A DNA stretch of 64,000 nt from Desulfobacterales bacterium. Its GTDB lineage: Bacteria; Desulfobacterota; Desulfobacteria; Desulfobacterales; UBA2245. Numbering within the stretch: the first letter of the stretch is position 1; every line of letters starts with the position of its first letter. The notes under the pieces are model-generated. The model did not search any database, was not told the DNA's origin, and saw only the letters and a list, made by a program, of their open reading frames with translations. Positions 16,457 through 26,743 of the stretch are shown here, piece after piece. Where the stretch lies: contig JAXGZF010000007.1 in the NCBI GenBank assembly GCA_040771865.1, positions 1-64,000 on the forward strand, written 5' to 3'. The position numbers and the translations under genes were made by a program.

Positions 16457-16892
16457 GATGGGTCAAACATAATTTTTTTTCGTCTTCGCTGAACTCCGCT
16501 GCTGAGACGCCTGCCCATCTATGCCTGGTTCACCAAGCGGAACGCAGCGGGAATGCAAACACATCAAATTCACATGGCGGAAAGAATTCCGAACTCTGGA
16601 ACCGGCTGCTGTTCCGGGATTATCTGATTGAGCACCCGGATGTCGCCGGGGAATACCGGGCTTTGAAATTCAATTTGGCAAGTCGTTATCCAGGTGATAG
16701 AATCGCTTACACAAGAGGCAAAACAGAATTCATAACGCATCTGACCCGAACGGCCAAAGCGTATTATGATGCAGGATCTCGGCACGTCACTCAGTAGCGG
16801 TGGAAACCTGTTCTCAGGATGAAAAATCAAGGGCTGGTTTCGCTGTTCGAATCGCAGAAATACACTGAATCAAAATCAGGAAGGAGAAAGCC

Positions 16893-17720
16893 ATGCAGGA
16901 ATGGATACCCAAAGATCTGATCGCCAAGCTCTGGGAATTGCTCACGGTATTCGGACTTAAAATCATCGCCGCCATCGTCATATTTATTGTCGGGCGATGG
17001 GTGGCGAAATTCCTTTGCAGTATGACCAGAAAACTAATGACCAGGGGCAATGTAGATGCGACCCTGGTGTCCTTTGTCGGCAACCTCATTTACGTCGCCC
17101 TGCTGGCATTTGTCATCATCGCGGCACTGGGGCAGCTAGGGATTCAGACCACCTCGTTTATCGCCATTCTGGGCGCCGCCGGTCTGGCTGTCGGTCTGGC
17201 GCTGCAGGGATCTCTGGCCAACTTTGCCGCGGGCGTGCTGATGATCATCTTCCGGCCCTTCAAGGTGGGGGATTTCATTGAAGGCGGCGGCGTTGCCGGC
17301 ACGGTCGAGGAAATTCAAATCTTCACCACCCAGCTCATGACGCCGGACAACAAAACCATTATCATTCCCAACGCAAAGATGACGGAAGGAAACATCACCA
17401 ATTATTCAAGCAAGGGAACCCGGCGGGTCGATCTGACTTTCGGCATCGGGTACGGCGACGACATCGACAGGGCCAGAAACCTCATCAGCGATGAACTGTC
17501 AAAAGATCAGCGGATTCTCGCGGATCCGGCCCCCCAGATCGTGGTTACGGAGCTGGCTGAGAGCAGCGTGAATTTCGCAGTCCGGCCGTGGGTGATTTCC
17601 GCGGATTACTGGGGCGTGTACAGTGATCTGACCGAAAACATCAAAAAGCGTTTCGACGTCGAGGGAATCACGATTCCGTTTCCCCAGAGAGATATTCATG
17701 TGTACGAGCACAAGTCATAA
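16893..17720 (+). CDS. mscS: Small-conductance mechanosensitive channel
   Basis: LGAAGLAVGLALQGSLANFAAG, RPFKVGDFI, IIIPN, IPFPQRD. Confidence 0.95.
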   Translation: MQEWIPKDLIAKLWELLTVFGLKIIAAIVIFIVGRWVAKFLCSMTRKLMTRGNVDATLVSFVGNLIYVALLAFVIIAALGQLGIQTTSFIAILGAAGLAVGLALQGSLANFAAGVLMIIFRPFKVGDFIEGGGVAGTVEEIQIFTTQLMTPDNKTIIIPNAKMTEGNITNYSSKGTRRVDLTFGIGYGDDIDRARNLISDELSKDQRILADPAPQIVVTELAESSVNFAVRPWVISADYWGVYSDLTENIKKRFDVEGITIPFPQRDIHVYEHKS

Positions 17721-17819
17721 TGCAGGCCCGTAAACGGCACCCAGACAACCCCGGCGACGGAAATCCGATCATCGAGCCTTATTTTTTCGAGCGCCTACTG
17801 CCAGGGCATCACAATGGAT

Positions 17820-18692
17820 TCAAAATCCGCTGATCCAGGAACCGGCAATCACAGCCGCGGTCATCGCGCCGCAAACCGCCTGATATGCCGGGTTCCGGGC
17901 ATATCGCCCCCATAGAGCGTTCAGAACGCCAAGCCCTATTCCCGCGAGAAAACCCCAGAAATGCGCCATAATGTCTGTAAAGGGGCCGGAACCGAGCATT
18001 CCCAGAAGGGCGAGGCCTCCTCCAAGGGACAGCCAGGCGCCGGCACGTTTGGTATGCCGCCTGAATTTATCATGGAACTGGTATCCGGTCAGAATGCCGA
18101 TAGAGCCGAAAACGGCCGTGGAAGCGCCGATGGAGACATGACCGGTTTGATGCATCATCGCGTTGATCAGGTTTCCGGCGGCTCCGGAAATCAGAATCAT
18201 CAGACAGCCGGCACCCCATCCGAAGAGGCTGCAGATCGCGGTCCCAAACAGGGCGATTCCGATGACATTGCCCGCCAAATGCGCGATATCCGCATGCAGC
18301 AACAGGGCCGTCACTGCTCTGTAATACTCGCCGCTCACGATTCTGGATGCCGATGACCCGTATGCATCCAAATAGATGCGGCCATCGCCTCCCCGAACGA
18401 TAAAGGTGTGGACGGCGGCCAGTCCCGCCGCCGCCCAGACGCCCGCAAATGTCTTCCGAAATTCAGGAATATACGCTTCGTTCTGAGGCGATTCCGGATT
18501 TTCCGAAATATAGGCCGAAACGGCTTTCGAGGCTCTTTCCAGATCCTCGTCATCTACCTGAATGCTCCATCCCGACTCCGTTTTCTCCAGGCGGTAATGA
18601 ATTCGGGATGCGGCAAGAACCGCGACATAAATATTCGCCTGCACCCCTTTCAGCCCCTGAAACAGCGTCATCATGGAATAGATCCTCGTCAT
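17820..18692 (-). CDS. Rhomboid family intramembrane serine protease
   Basis: YYRAVTALLLHAD..HLAGN, SIGASTAVFG (GxS), DIMAHFWG (catalytic His). Confidence 0.9.
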   Translation of the reverse strand: MTRIYSMMTLFQGLKGVQANIYVAVLAASRIHYRLEKTESGWSIQVDDEDLERASKAVSAYISENPESPQNEAYIPEFRKTFAGVWAAAGLAAVHTFIVRGGDGRIYLDAYGSSASRIVSGEYYRAVTALLLHADIAHLAGNVIGIALFGTAICSLFGWGAGCLMILISGAAGNLINAMMHQTGHVSIGASTAVFGSIGILTGYQFHDKFRRHTKRAGAWLSLGGGLALLGMLGSGPFTDIMAHFWGFLAGIGLGVLNALWGRYARNPAYQAVCGAMTAAVIAGSWISGF

Positions 18693-19048
18693 GCGGGTTG
18701 GCGTCCGGCCTTCAAATGAGCCTCAGGCTCCCTCATCGCGCTGATTCATGAGATAACACGACCCCCGATATACCCGCAACCGATATTCGTCGCGTTTGCA
18801 CGTATCTGTAACGCGGCAAAAAAATCCAGCCCGCCATTTTATTCCGGCCTTTTAAAAACCTGGCAGCGACTTCTACCGCTTTTCCGCGGATTCAGGATAA
18901 ACAATGGCTTTCAATAACCTGATATTTATTGTAGCATAACATGTTCGATTTTGTGAGATGCCTTATCAGTTCTCGATCCATGCACTGTTGATTGAGCGGC
19001 TGACGGTTTTATTAATGAAACAGTGCGGAATCAGAGAAAGGTTTTACA

Positions 19049-19321
19049 ATGAATATTTACGTCGGCAATCTTGCCTTTACGGTAACTGAAGAAGAGTTAA
19101 AAACCCTGTTTTCGGAATTCGGTGAAATTGAAAGCGTCAAGGTGATTACGGACAGGTATACCGGACAGAATAAAGGCTTCGGTTTTGTTGAAATGCCGAG
19201 CAATTCGGAAGCGGACAAGGCGATCAAGGCATTGAATGGAAAGTTCATCAACGGCAGGAATATCAAGGTGAATCCTGCCGATTCGGGCGGAAAACGCCAG
19301 AAAACCAAAAAAAGATACTAG
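19049..19321 (+). CDS. RRM RNA-binding protein
   Basis: RNP2 IYVGNL and RNP1 KGFGFVEM. Confidence 0.95.
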   Translation: MNIYVGNLAFTVTEEELKTLFSEFGEIESVKVITDRYTGQNKGFGFVEMPSNSEADKAIKALNGKFINGRNIKVNPADSGGKRQKTKKRY

Positions 19322-19450
19322 ACGGTCAAATGCCTGCGAACTTCCCGAGACATTGACAGCCTGAAAAAACCGGCCGCCATTCGTAGTAGTTTCAATCAAT
19401 TTTCCGTAAACGGCGGCCTTTTTTAAAATTAACAGCATCTGCAAAAGCCT

Positions 19451-20278
19451 GTGAATTTCCCTTCAAACCGACATTCAGACAAAAAATGGCGCATGCGGCT
19501 GCATGAAGTCATATTTGAGGCCGACACACCAGCCGGAAAAGCTTTTGATATTGTCCTGATCTGGGCAATCCTTTTAAGCGTTGCCGCCGTCATGCTGGAA
19601 AGCGTTCACAGCATTCGAAATCTTTATGGCGATGCGCTTTACGCCATTGAATGGTTCTTCACCGTCCTTTTTACCATCGAATACATCCTCCGGCTGATCA
19701 GCGTGAAACGGCCGACCCGATATGCCGCCAGCTTCTTTGGAATTATCGACCTGCTGGCGATCTTGCCGACCTATGCCAGCATTCTGGTGCCCGGCAGTCA
19801 GTCCCTGCTGACGATCCGCATCCTGCGCCTGCTTCGAATCTTCAGGGTTTTCAAACTCACTGCATATCTGAACGAAGCAAAAGCACTCACCAGCGCCTTA
19901 CGGGCCAGCCGGCGGAAAATCGGCGTTTTTCTTTCGGCCGTTTTAAGCATTGCGGTAATAATCGGGGCATGCATGTACGTCATCGAGGGGGAAAAGAACG
20001 GGTTCACCGACATACCGACCAGTATATACTGGGCTATCGTAACGCTGACCACAGTCGGATATGGAGACCTGTCACCCCAAACCCCTCTGGGGAAAACTCT
20101 TGCGTCGGTTTTAATGATTATAGGCTACGCCATTATCGCAGTTCCAACGGGAATCGTTTCGGTCGAGCTTTCCAAAACCTCCTCAAAATCGGTATCCACT
20201 CAGGCATGTCCGCAATGCGGGGCCGAAGGCCACGATGCCGATGCGCAAAACTGCAAGTACTGCGGCGCTCACCTGTAG
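19451..20278 (+). CDS. Voltage-gated potassium channel (ion transporter)
   Basis: S4 helix RILRLLRIFRVFK, filter TTVGYGD, C-terminal CPQC...CKYCG zinc ribbon. Confidence 0.92.
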   Translation: MNFPSNRHSDKKWRMRLHEVIFEADTPAGKAFDIVLIWAILLSVAAVMLESVHSIRNLYGDALYAIEWFFTVLFTIEYILRLISVKRPTRYAASFFGIIDLLAILPTYASILVPGSQSLLTIRILRLLRIFRVFKLTAYLNEAKALTSALRASRRKIGVFLSAVLSIAVIIGACMYVIEGEKNGFTDIPTSIYWAIVTLTTVGYGDLSPQTPLGKTLASVLMIIGYAIIAVPTGIVSVELSKTSSKSVSTQACPQCGAEGHDADAQNCKYCGAHL

Positions 20279-20445
20279 CGGCTTCGGAAAAAGTCAGGAT
20301 TTCGAAGGACATCTTGTTCCAGTCGATATACCCTTTTCCGTCATGTCACGAAACAGGTCTCGGAGGTCCGCATGCTTTTATCTCTTGCCGACAGCGCCTG
20401 AATCGTATAAATTAACAGAAATTTTCCTCACCGGTTTCAGTAAAT

Positions 20446-22443
20446 ATGCCGCAATCAACTTATTATCTGATCGCCGAACAGCACCCAAAACCACCCGAGA
20501 ATCTGCCCGAGGTACTCAAGGAACTGTCGGAAAAGCATCAGCTTGATTCCTATAACTGCCGTCAGCGCCTGACCGGTCAGGGTCTGTCCCTTCTGACTCA
20601 AGGAGAGCGGGAAAGGCTGGAAGAAATTTCCCGTATTCTCAAGGGCGCCGGGTATCCCCACTGGCTGGTAGCACCCACCAATCCAAAATTCGAACCCGAC
20701 CGAATGCTGAACCTGCAGATCAGCGAAGAGCGGATCGTCTTCGGCAGCCGGAACCGGGAGGTCGTTTTTGACAGGGGAGCAACCATCCTGGCGGTTCTGG
20801 CCGAGATGTCCGGAGAACTGGCTGAAAAAAACTTAAGGCAGCTGCTGTCCAGTAGGGCCTATCGAGGGGTGGATAACATCCGTCCTCTGAATGAAAACGA
20901 CATTCGAAAAACCATACTGGAAGGCAAACCGGTTCTCGACCTTTATCTGCTCGACAGCCGGCTCCATATCCGGAATGCCGTACGGATTTTTCCAGGAAGG
21001 TTCGATCCCAAAGGCCTTGGAGAACGGGCTGCGGTCGTCGGCAGACAGAATCTGGAAACCATTCTCAAGCTGGCGGAGGAGTATGCCGGAACGTTTAAAA
21101 TGTTCACCGATTTCGGGCTGGTCAACCTGCCCGGCTGCTCACTGAACCGGGACGATCCGGACAATGCTGAGATGCAGCGAAAGAACCTGATCAGCCTGAC
21201 CCGTTACGGCTGGCTGATGGCGGATGTGCTGAGAGCCGGGCCGATGATTCCGCAACGCCGGGAAAATGAAAATCTGAGCAGTGCCGTTGCGGCGGCCCTG
21301 CTGATGCAGAATCCGGCCCTGGCCGCAGATGAAGCCATCGCACAGGTTCTGCCCGCGGCAGGCGGAATTGCCGACGAGATCGAAGCGGCGGCTGAAAAAG
21401 GCAGGAAAACCGGCGGCGCATATCCTGACAGAGCCGATCCGGGACTGCCTCCCCCGCCACCAGCTCAGACCTTATCGCCGTGGAGCCGGCCGGGTTTGTG
21501 GATGATTGCGGCAGGCGCCTTCATTTTTCTGGGAATGGGCTTGCTGCAAAACGCAGACAGAAAGGCGATTCTGGACAAGGCGGCATATCATGCCTTTGCG
21601 TCCGGCGCCATTCCCGTTCTCATCGCCGTCCTGTCCCTCTGGTACGGTTTTTATCTGCTTCGAATGAAACGGAAGATAGAAAATACGCCGACCAGCAGAA
21701 TTCGTTCCGTTGCCATGGGAATGGTCGAGGTAAAAGGAAAGGCGATTCGCAAATACGCCCTGGTTTCCCCCATGACGCAGACCCCCTGCGTTTTTTACCG
21801 CCTGACTCGATACCGCCGGGACAAGAACAACCGTTGGGCGGTCAGCAGCGCACGCAGCAGCGACAACGTTCCTTTTTTACTGGATGACGGAACCGGCCGA
21901 ATTGAAATCAATCCGGCCGGATGCCGGATCGCAGCCGGAACAAAACAGGAGGGCATACCCGGGCAGGTGGGGCTGATGCGGCTTCAGATGAATAACCACA
22001 GCGATGAGAAATGGGTCGAGGAAATCATCGTTGAGGGAACCCTGCTCTATGTTCTGGGCTATGCCTCGGCAAAGCCGCCCGAAGGCCCGAGTTTCAGCGA
22101 GAAGAAAATCGAGGCCCTGCGGGAGTTGAAACGAAATCCAAAACATCTGAACCAGTTTGATGCCGACGCCGACGGCAAGATCAGTGAAGACGAATGGGAT
22201 GCGGCCCGGGCCGCGGTCGAGGAAAGCGTGATGCATGAAATGCTCGAAAACCATCAGCAGCGAAAGAAGCAGGAAGAGCATATCGTCATCGGCAGGGAAA
22301 AAGGCTTTCCGCTGATCATTGCCGAAACCCATTCGGAAGAACGCCTGACCGCCCGGTATCTTTACAGCAGCATTCCGCTGTTTCTGATCGCCATTTCGGC
22401 CGCCGGCTGGGCGATCTACGCTTTACTGACGTATTTTCAATGA
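20446..22443 (+). CDS. Membrane protein with GIDE-like domain and an EF-hand
   Basis: TM pair, then KRKIENTPTSRIRSVAMGMVEVKG...PFLLDDGTG (GIDE-like), DADADGKISEDE (EF-hand loop), C-terminal TM; directly upstream of lemA. Confidence 0.75.
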   Translation: MPQSTYYLIAEQHPKPPENLPEVLKELSEKHQLDSYNCRQRLTGQGLSLLTQGERERLEEISRILKGAGYPHWLVAPTNPKFEPDRMLNLQISEERIVFGSRNREVVFDRGATILAVLAEMSGELAEKNLRQLLSSRAYRGVDNIRPLNENDIRKTILEGKPVLDLYLLDSRLHIRNAVRIFPGRFDPKGLGERAAVVGRQNLETILKLAEEYAGTFKMFTDFGLVNLPGCSLNRDDPDNAEMQRKNLISLTRYGWLMADVLRAGPMIPQRRENENLSSAVAAALLMQNPALAADEAIAQVLPAAGGIADEIEAAAEKGRKTGGAYPDRADPGLPPPPPAQTLSPWSRPGLWMIAAGAFIFLGMGLLQNADRKAILDKAAYHAFASGAIPVLIAVLSLWYGFYLLRMKRKIENTPTSRIRSVAMGMVEVKGKAIRKYALVSPMTQTPCVFYRLTRYRRDKNNRWAVSSARSSDNVPFLLDDGTGRIEINPAGCRIAAGTKQEGIPGQVGLMRLQMNNHSDEKWVEEIIVEGTLLYVLGYASAKPPEGPSFSEKKIEALRELKRNPKHLNQFDADADGKISEDEWDAARAAVEESVMHEMLENHQQRKKQEEHIVIGREKGFPLIIAETHSEERLTARYLYSSIPLFLIAISAAGWAIYALLTYFQ

Positions 22444-22518
22444 GACAGGACGGCACCGTAAAAAGTTACGGAGCGATCACGGCTTTTTGAAAAGCAACCG
22501 ACTGCGAGGAGAAAACAC

Positions 22519-23094
22519 ATGACTGCCTGGATCACGCTTGGAATTATTCTGCTGATACTGCTTGCACTGATTTTTTACATCATCGTCATCTACAACGGGT
22601 TCATCGCGCTTAAAAACAACATCGATCAGAATTGGGGCAACATCGACGTCCTGCTCAAGCAGCGTTTCGATGAACTGCCGAAACTCATCAAGGTCTGCGA
22701 AGGATACATGCAGCACGAGCAGAAAACCCTGGAAGCCGTTGTCAAGGCTCGTTCCATGGTCAACTCTGCGCGCAGCGACGAGCAGAGAATGCGGGCACAG
22801 AACGCGCTGACCGACACGTTGAAATCCCTGTTCATGGTTGTGGAACGCTATCCGGACCTCAAGGCGGATGCCGCTTTCAGGCAGCTCGGCAACCGGATCA
22901 GTGAAATCGAAGACCAGATCGCCGACCGCCGCGAGCTCTTCAATGCATCGGTCACCATCTACAACACCCGGCTCGAACAATTTCCGGATGTGCTGGTCGC
23001 CAGGGCCTTCAACTTCGACCGTCGCACCCTCTGGGAAATCGAACCGGAACATCGCCGGGATGTTGAGGTCAGTTTCGAGCACAGCATAAAGTGA
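22519..23094 (+). CDS. lemA: LemA family protein
   Basis: N-terminal TM, YNGF...NIDVLLKQRFD.LPKL, ERYPDLKAD, IADRRELFN, FPD.LVA. Confidence 0.95.
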   Translation: MTAWITLGIILLILLALIFYIIVIYNGFIALKNNIDQNWGNIDVLLKQRFDELPKLIKVCEGYMQHEQKTLEAVVKARSMVNSARSDEQRMRAQNALTDTLKSLFMVVERYPDLKADAAFRQLGNRISEIEDQIADRRELFNASVTIYNTRLEQFPDVLVARAFNFDRRTLWEIEPEHRRDVEVSFEHSIK

Positions 23095-23163
23095 TCCCAT
23101 CGCGAGCTTCCGGCGGCAACGACAGGAAGAATAAAGAAGATGGCTTGGATTAAGCTATTCCAG

Positions 23164-23233
23164 CCTTTAACAGGCTGTTGAAAAATAAGCATCGGGTCGT
23201 CAGGCAAAGTGCACGGCGATCCGGCAAGCGCAG
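23164..23233. repeat. Dispersed repeat, copy 2 (partial, inverted relative to copy 1)
   Basis: The reverse complement matches 352-421 at 61/70. Confidence 0.75.
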
Positions 23234-23281
23234 TAAGTCCTGAAGCCCGAGAGCGCAGCAAGGGTCCAGAAAGAGAAATTC

Positions 23282-24268
23282 ATGAATCAGCAGGATCTGA
23301 GCAGAAAAATCAAAAAACTGGAAGATGATTTGGAATTTTTTCAAGGTGAAAGCAGCCGATTGAAAACGGAATTTGTGATGGAAACCAGCCCATCCAAACG
23401 GTTCATGATCAATAATGATAGCAAAAAAGCCGAATTTAATATCCGTGCTATCACGGAAACACTGGGTATCCTTAAAGGCAAGATAAGAGAATCGGAGGAG
23501 GAAGAGATGGACGGCCGAAAATCAATTAAGATCTTTATTAGCCATGCAGAAGCTGATGCGCAAATTGCAGAATTGCTTGTTAATCTTCTCCTGTCTTCGC
23601 TATCCGTGGTCGATGATGAAATCCGTTGTACGTCAGTTTCGGGTCATCAGTTGCCTTTTGGAAATATATCTCAGATATTAAAAGATGACCTCCGACTAAG
23701 TCCAATAATAACCGCCTTAATAACAGAAACCAGCTTGGCTTCAAAGTGGATGATGTTTGAACTTGGTGCCGCGTGGGCTCTCAATAAAACAGTAATTCCA
23801 ATTATCGCACCGAACCTTACTCACAAAGATCTGCCTGGACCTTTGGGCGCTGACTCCTGCATTCAGATCTGTAATCCTGATGCTCCCAGCAGAATCAGAG
23901 ATGCATTGAAACAAATATCACTTGAACTGAAAGTCGAAGAAAAGACTGGGGGAAAGTCGCAATCTAATCTCGATAGATTCTTGTCAGGATGCCATGCAAA
24001 CTCAAAACAGAACAGATCCTCGGATCAAGGGCATGCAAATCTCGTACACCAATTAATTAATATTATTAAAAAAATGAGGGGGTTGGGAACTAAACCTACA
24101 CCACGGAAAATCGCCAAAAAGTTGGACGTTGATCCTGAAATAGTTTTGGCACATTTGAGGCGCATGCATGACGATCTGCTTGTAACCTATTTCACATCAG
24201 AAGGGTTTAGCATGGATAGCGAGCTTATATTGGGAGAAAAAAGCTTCAGTACAGATTTTCTCGAATAA
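23282..24268 (+). CDS. TIR-domain protein with N-terminal helical region and C-terminal winged-HTH-like region
   Basis: KIFISHAEAD, SLASKWMMFELGAAWAL (catalytic Glu position); C-terminal PTPRKIAKKLDVDPEIVLAHL; visibly more AT-rich than its flanks. Confidence 0.85.
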   Translation: MNQQDLSRKIKKLEDDLEFFQGESSRLKTEFVMETSPSKRFMINNDSKKAEFNIRAITETLGILKGKIRESEEEEMDGRKSIKIFISHAEADAQIAELLVNLLLSSLSVVDDEIRCTSVSGHQLPFGNISQILKDDLRLSPIITALITETSLASKWMMFELGAAWALNKTVIPIIAPNLTHKDLPGPLGADSCIQICNPDAPSRIRDALKQISLELKVEEKTGGKSQSNLDRFLSGCHANSKQNRSSDQGHANLVHQLINIIKKMRGLGTKPTPRKIAKKLDVDPEIVLAHLRRMHDDLLVTYFTSEGFSMDSELILGEKSFSTDFLE

Positions 24269-24430
24269 TCAGGAAGGTGAACAAAACCACAATAAAGAGA
24301 ATGTCAGACCAAGTTCTCTGGCGCGCTTTCGGCAACCTGTGAGAGCCGTTATGTCGCCTAAACATAGAAGAAAATAATTGAATAGAATCCACACAGGGCG
24401 ATGAAGATGCCTCGATAGAAAACAGCACTC

Positions 24431-25678
24431 ATGACCTCATCACAACCCAGTAACCCCGCATCAACGTCTTCTGCCATGGGCGCCTATCGCAAGTTGCCGG
24501 GAGGCATCTGGGCGCTTGGATTCGTCTCGATGTTCATGGACGTCTCATCCGAGCTGGTTCACAGCCTTCTGCCGATATTCATGGCCTCGGTGCTCGGCGC
24601 CTCAATGGTCACGGTCGGAATCATCGAAGGTTTTGCCGAGGGTGCGGCCGCCATCACGAAGGTGTTTTCGGGCGCAATCAGCGATTATTTCAGAAAGCGC
24701 AAACTTCTCACCGTGACCGGTTACGCGCTGGGCGCCATGACCAAGCCGGTGTTTCCTCTTGCGACAACGATTGAGTGGGTATTCGGAGCACGCTTTGTCG
24801 ATCGCATCGGCAAAGGCATTCGAGGCGCGCCGCGTGACGCGCTGGTCGCCGATATCGCACCGCCGCAGCTTCGGGGCGCGGCCTACGGTTTGCGCCAGTC
24901 GCTCGATTCGGTCGGAGCCTTTGTCGGGCCGCTGCTCGCCATCGTTTTCATGATCCGGCTTTCGAACGACATCAAAGCCGTGTTGTGGGTCGGGGTCATA
25001 CCGGCATTCCTTGCCGTGTTGCTGCTGATCGTAGCGGTGCGCGAACCCGAGTCCCCGGCACATGCCGCCGGTCCCGGAAATCACCTGACTCCGGCTGATG
25101 CCAGACGTCTGTCCCTTCGGTACTGGCTTGTCGTCGCGCTTGGAGCCGTCTTTACCCTCGCTCGTTTCAGCGAGGCGTTTCTGATTCTCCGCGCCCGGGA
25201 TGTCGGGCTTGCCGTCGGCTACGTACCCGCAATCATGATTGTGATGAATCTTGTCTATTCCATATTTGCGTACCCGGCGGGCGCGGCAGCCGACCGCCTT
25301 TCGGCGCGAACGCTTCTGCTGTTCGGCCTCGGAATACTGGTCCTCTCCGACCTTGTGCTGGCAACAGCCGCATCTCCCTGGCCCGCATTTCTGGGGGCCG
25401 CATTCTGGGGCCTGCACATGGCCTTCACCCAGGGATTGCTCTCGAAACTGGTTGCCGATACCGCGCCTGACGATCTTCGCGGTACGGCCTTCGGGATTTT
25501 TAATCTGGTCAGCGGCGGCGCGCTGCTGCTGGCAAGCGTTATTGCAGGGTCATTGTGGAGCGCGTTCGGCGCCTCGGCTACGTTTATGGCCGGCGCATCG
25601 TTCGCGGCTCTCGCGGCAACGGGGCTGCTCTTTTACCGGCCCAGAGCGCAGGCCTCCGGACACAGAGCAGGCACTTGA
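24431..25678 (+). CDS. MFS transporter
   Basis: About 12 TM helices, GAISDYFRKRK (motif A-like), DRIGKGIRGAPRDALVAD. Confidence 0.92.
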   Translation: MTSSQPSNPASTSSAMGAYRKLPGGIWALGFVSMFMDVSSELVHSLLPIFMASVLGASMVTVGIIEGFAEGAAAITKVFSGAISDYFRKRKLLTVTGYALGAMTKPVFPLATTIEWVFGARFVDRIGKGIRGAPRDALVADIAPPQLRGAAYGLRQSLDSVGAFVGPLLAIVFMIRLSNDIKAVLWVGVIPAFLAVLLLIVAVREPESPAHAAGPGNHLTPADARRLSLRYWLVVALGAVFTLARFSEAFLILRARDVGLAVGYVPAIMIVMNLVYSIFAYPAGAAADRLSARTLLLFGLGILVLSDLVLATAASPWPAFLGAAFWGLHMAFTQGLLSKLVADTAPDDLRGTAFGIFNLVSGGALLLASVIAGSLWSAFGASATFMAGASFAALAATGLLFYRPRAQASGHRAGT

Positions 25679-25705
25679 TCAAGGCCGCGCGGCAAGGCGT
25701 TTCAC

Positions 25706-26743
25706 TCAGTCATCTTCTCCGGCCTTTTCTAAAATACTCGAGTAAATTGCCGTTCCGATAAACGCCAAGCCCAGTGAGCCGGTCATCCACTCCGGAAGTA
25801 CAACCCGGTAGAGTTTAACCATCATCATGATGCCCAGCGCCATAATGGCCCAGTGTGCGCCGTGCTCAAGATAACGATACTTTGCCAGCGTCCCTGTTCG
25901 CAAGAGGTACAAGGTGAGCGAGCGGACCCAGACAGCGCCGGCCCCCAGACCGGCAATAATCAGCAGCACGCTCGACGTAATGGCAAATGCGCCGATCACG
26001 CCATCAAAGCTGAAGCTGGCGTCCAGCACTTCCAGGTACATAAAGGATGAAAATGCGGCCCAGCCGGTTTTTTGCGTAATTACATGCCTGTCCTTTTCAA
26101 ACATCGAGCCGAACAGTTCCAGACCCACATGCAGCGCTATGCCCAGCACGCTCGCAACCAGTACCGTCGACCGGTATGCGCGATCCACCGTCAAAAAGAG
26201 CACAATAGCCGTCAGCATCATGATAAACACCTTAAGGTGTTCGAATCGCCCGGCCATTGACATGCTCTTTTCCAGTCCGCTGATCCAGTGCGTATGTTTT
26301 TCGCGGTCCATGAAATAACTCATGCCGATCATCACCAGGAACGCACCGCCGAACGCATCAATCATGGGCGACGCGCGGTGCAGCACTTCGCCATATTTTT
26401 CCGGCTCGTTCAAGGCGAGCTGCATGACTTCCGTAAAGCTGATTTCAGCCGCCAGCATCACAATCAAAACGGGTAAAATAAACCGCACCACAAACACGGC
26501 GATAAAGATGCCGACGGTCAAAAAGATTGTTTGCCACAGCGGCGACATATCCGCCAGGACCTTGCTGTTGACTACGGCGTTATCGAAGCTGAATGTCACC
26601 TCAAGGACCACTAAAATTAAAAACAGCCACAAACCGGCGATACCGTCACAGTAGCCAACAATGCCTGCCAGGGCTATCGTCAACAGCGTAGAGAACCAAA
26701 AGATTCGGAGAGGATGATGGGGATGTGAAATGTTATTCAACAT
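25706..26743 (-). CDS. DUF475 / TerC-like integral membrane protein
   Basis: LEVTFSFDNAVVN, LEVLDASFSFDGVIGAFA, YLEHGAHWAI; start set at ATG 26743. Confidence 0.88.
   Translation of the reverse strand: MLNNISHPHHPLRIFWFSTLLTIALAGIVGYCDGIAGLWLFLILVVLEVTFSFDNAVVNSKVLADMSPLWQTIFLTVGIFIAVFVVRFILPVLIVMLAAEISFTEVMQLALNEPEKYGEVLHRASPMIDAFGGAFLVMIGMSYFMDREKHTHWISGLEKSMSMAGRFEHLKVFIMMLTAIVLFLTVDRAYRSTVLVASVLGIALHVGLELFGSMFEKDRHVITQKTGWAAFSSFMYLEVLDASFSFDGVIGAFAITSSVLLIIAGLGAGAVWVRSLTLYLLRTGTLAKYRYLEHGAHWAIMALGIMMMVKLYRVVLPEWMTGSLGLAFIGTAIYSSILEKAGEDD

Noticed and set aside
16457..16892. Small minus-strand ORF 16570-16830
   Set aside because: No recognisable motif or RBS; cannot be supported.
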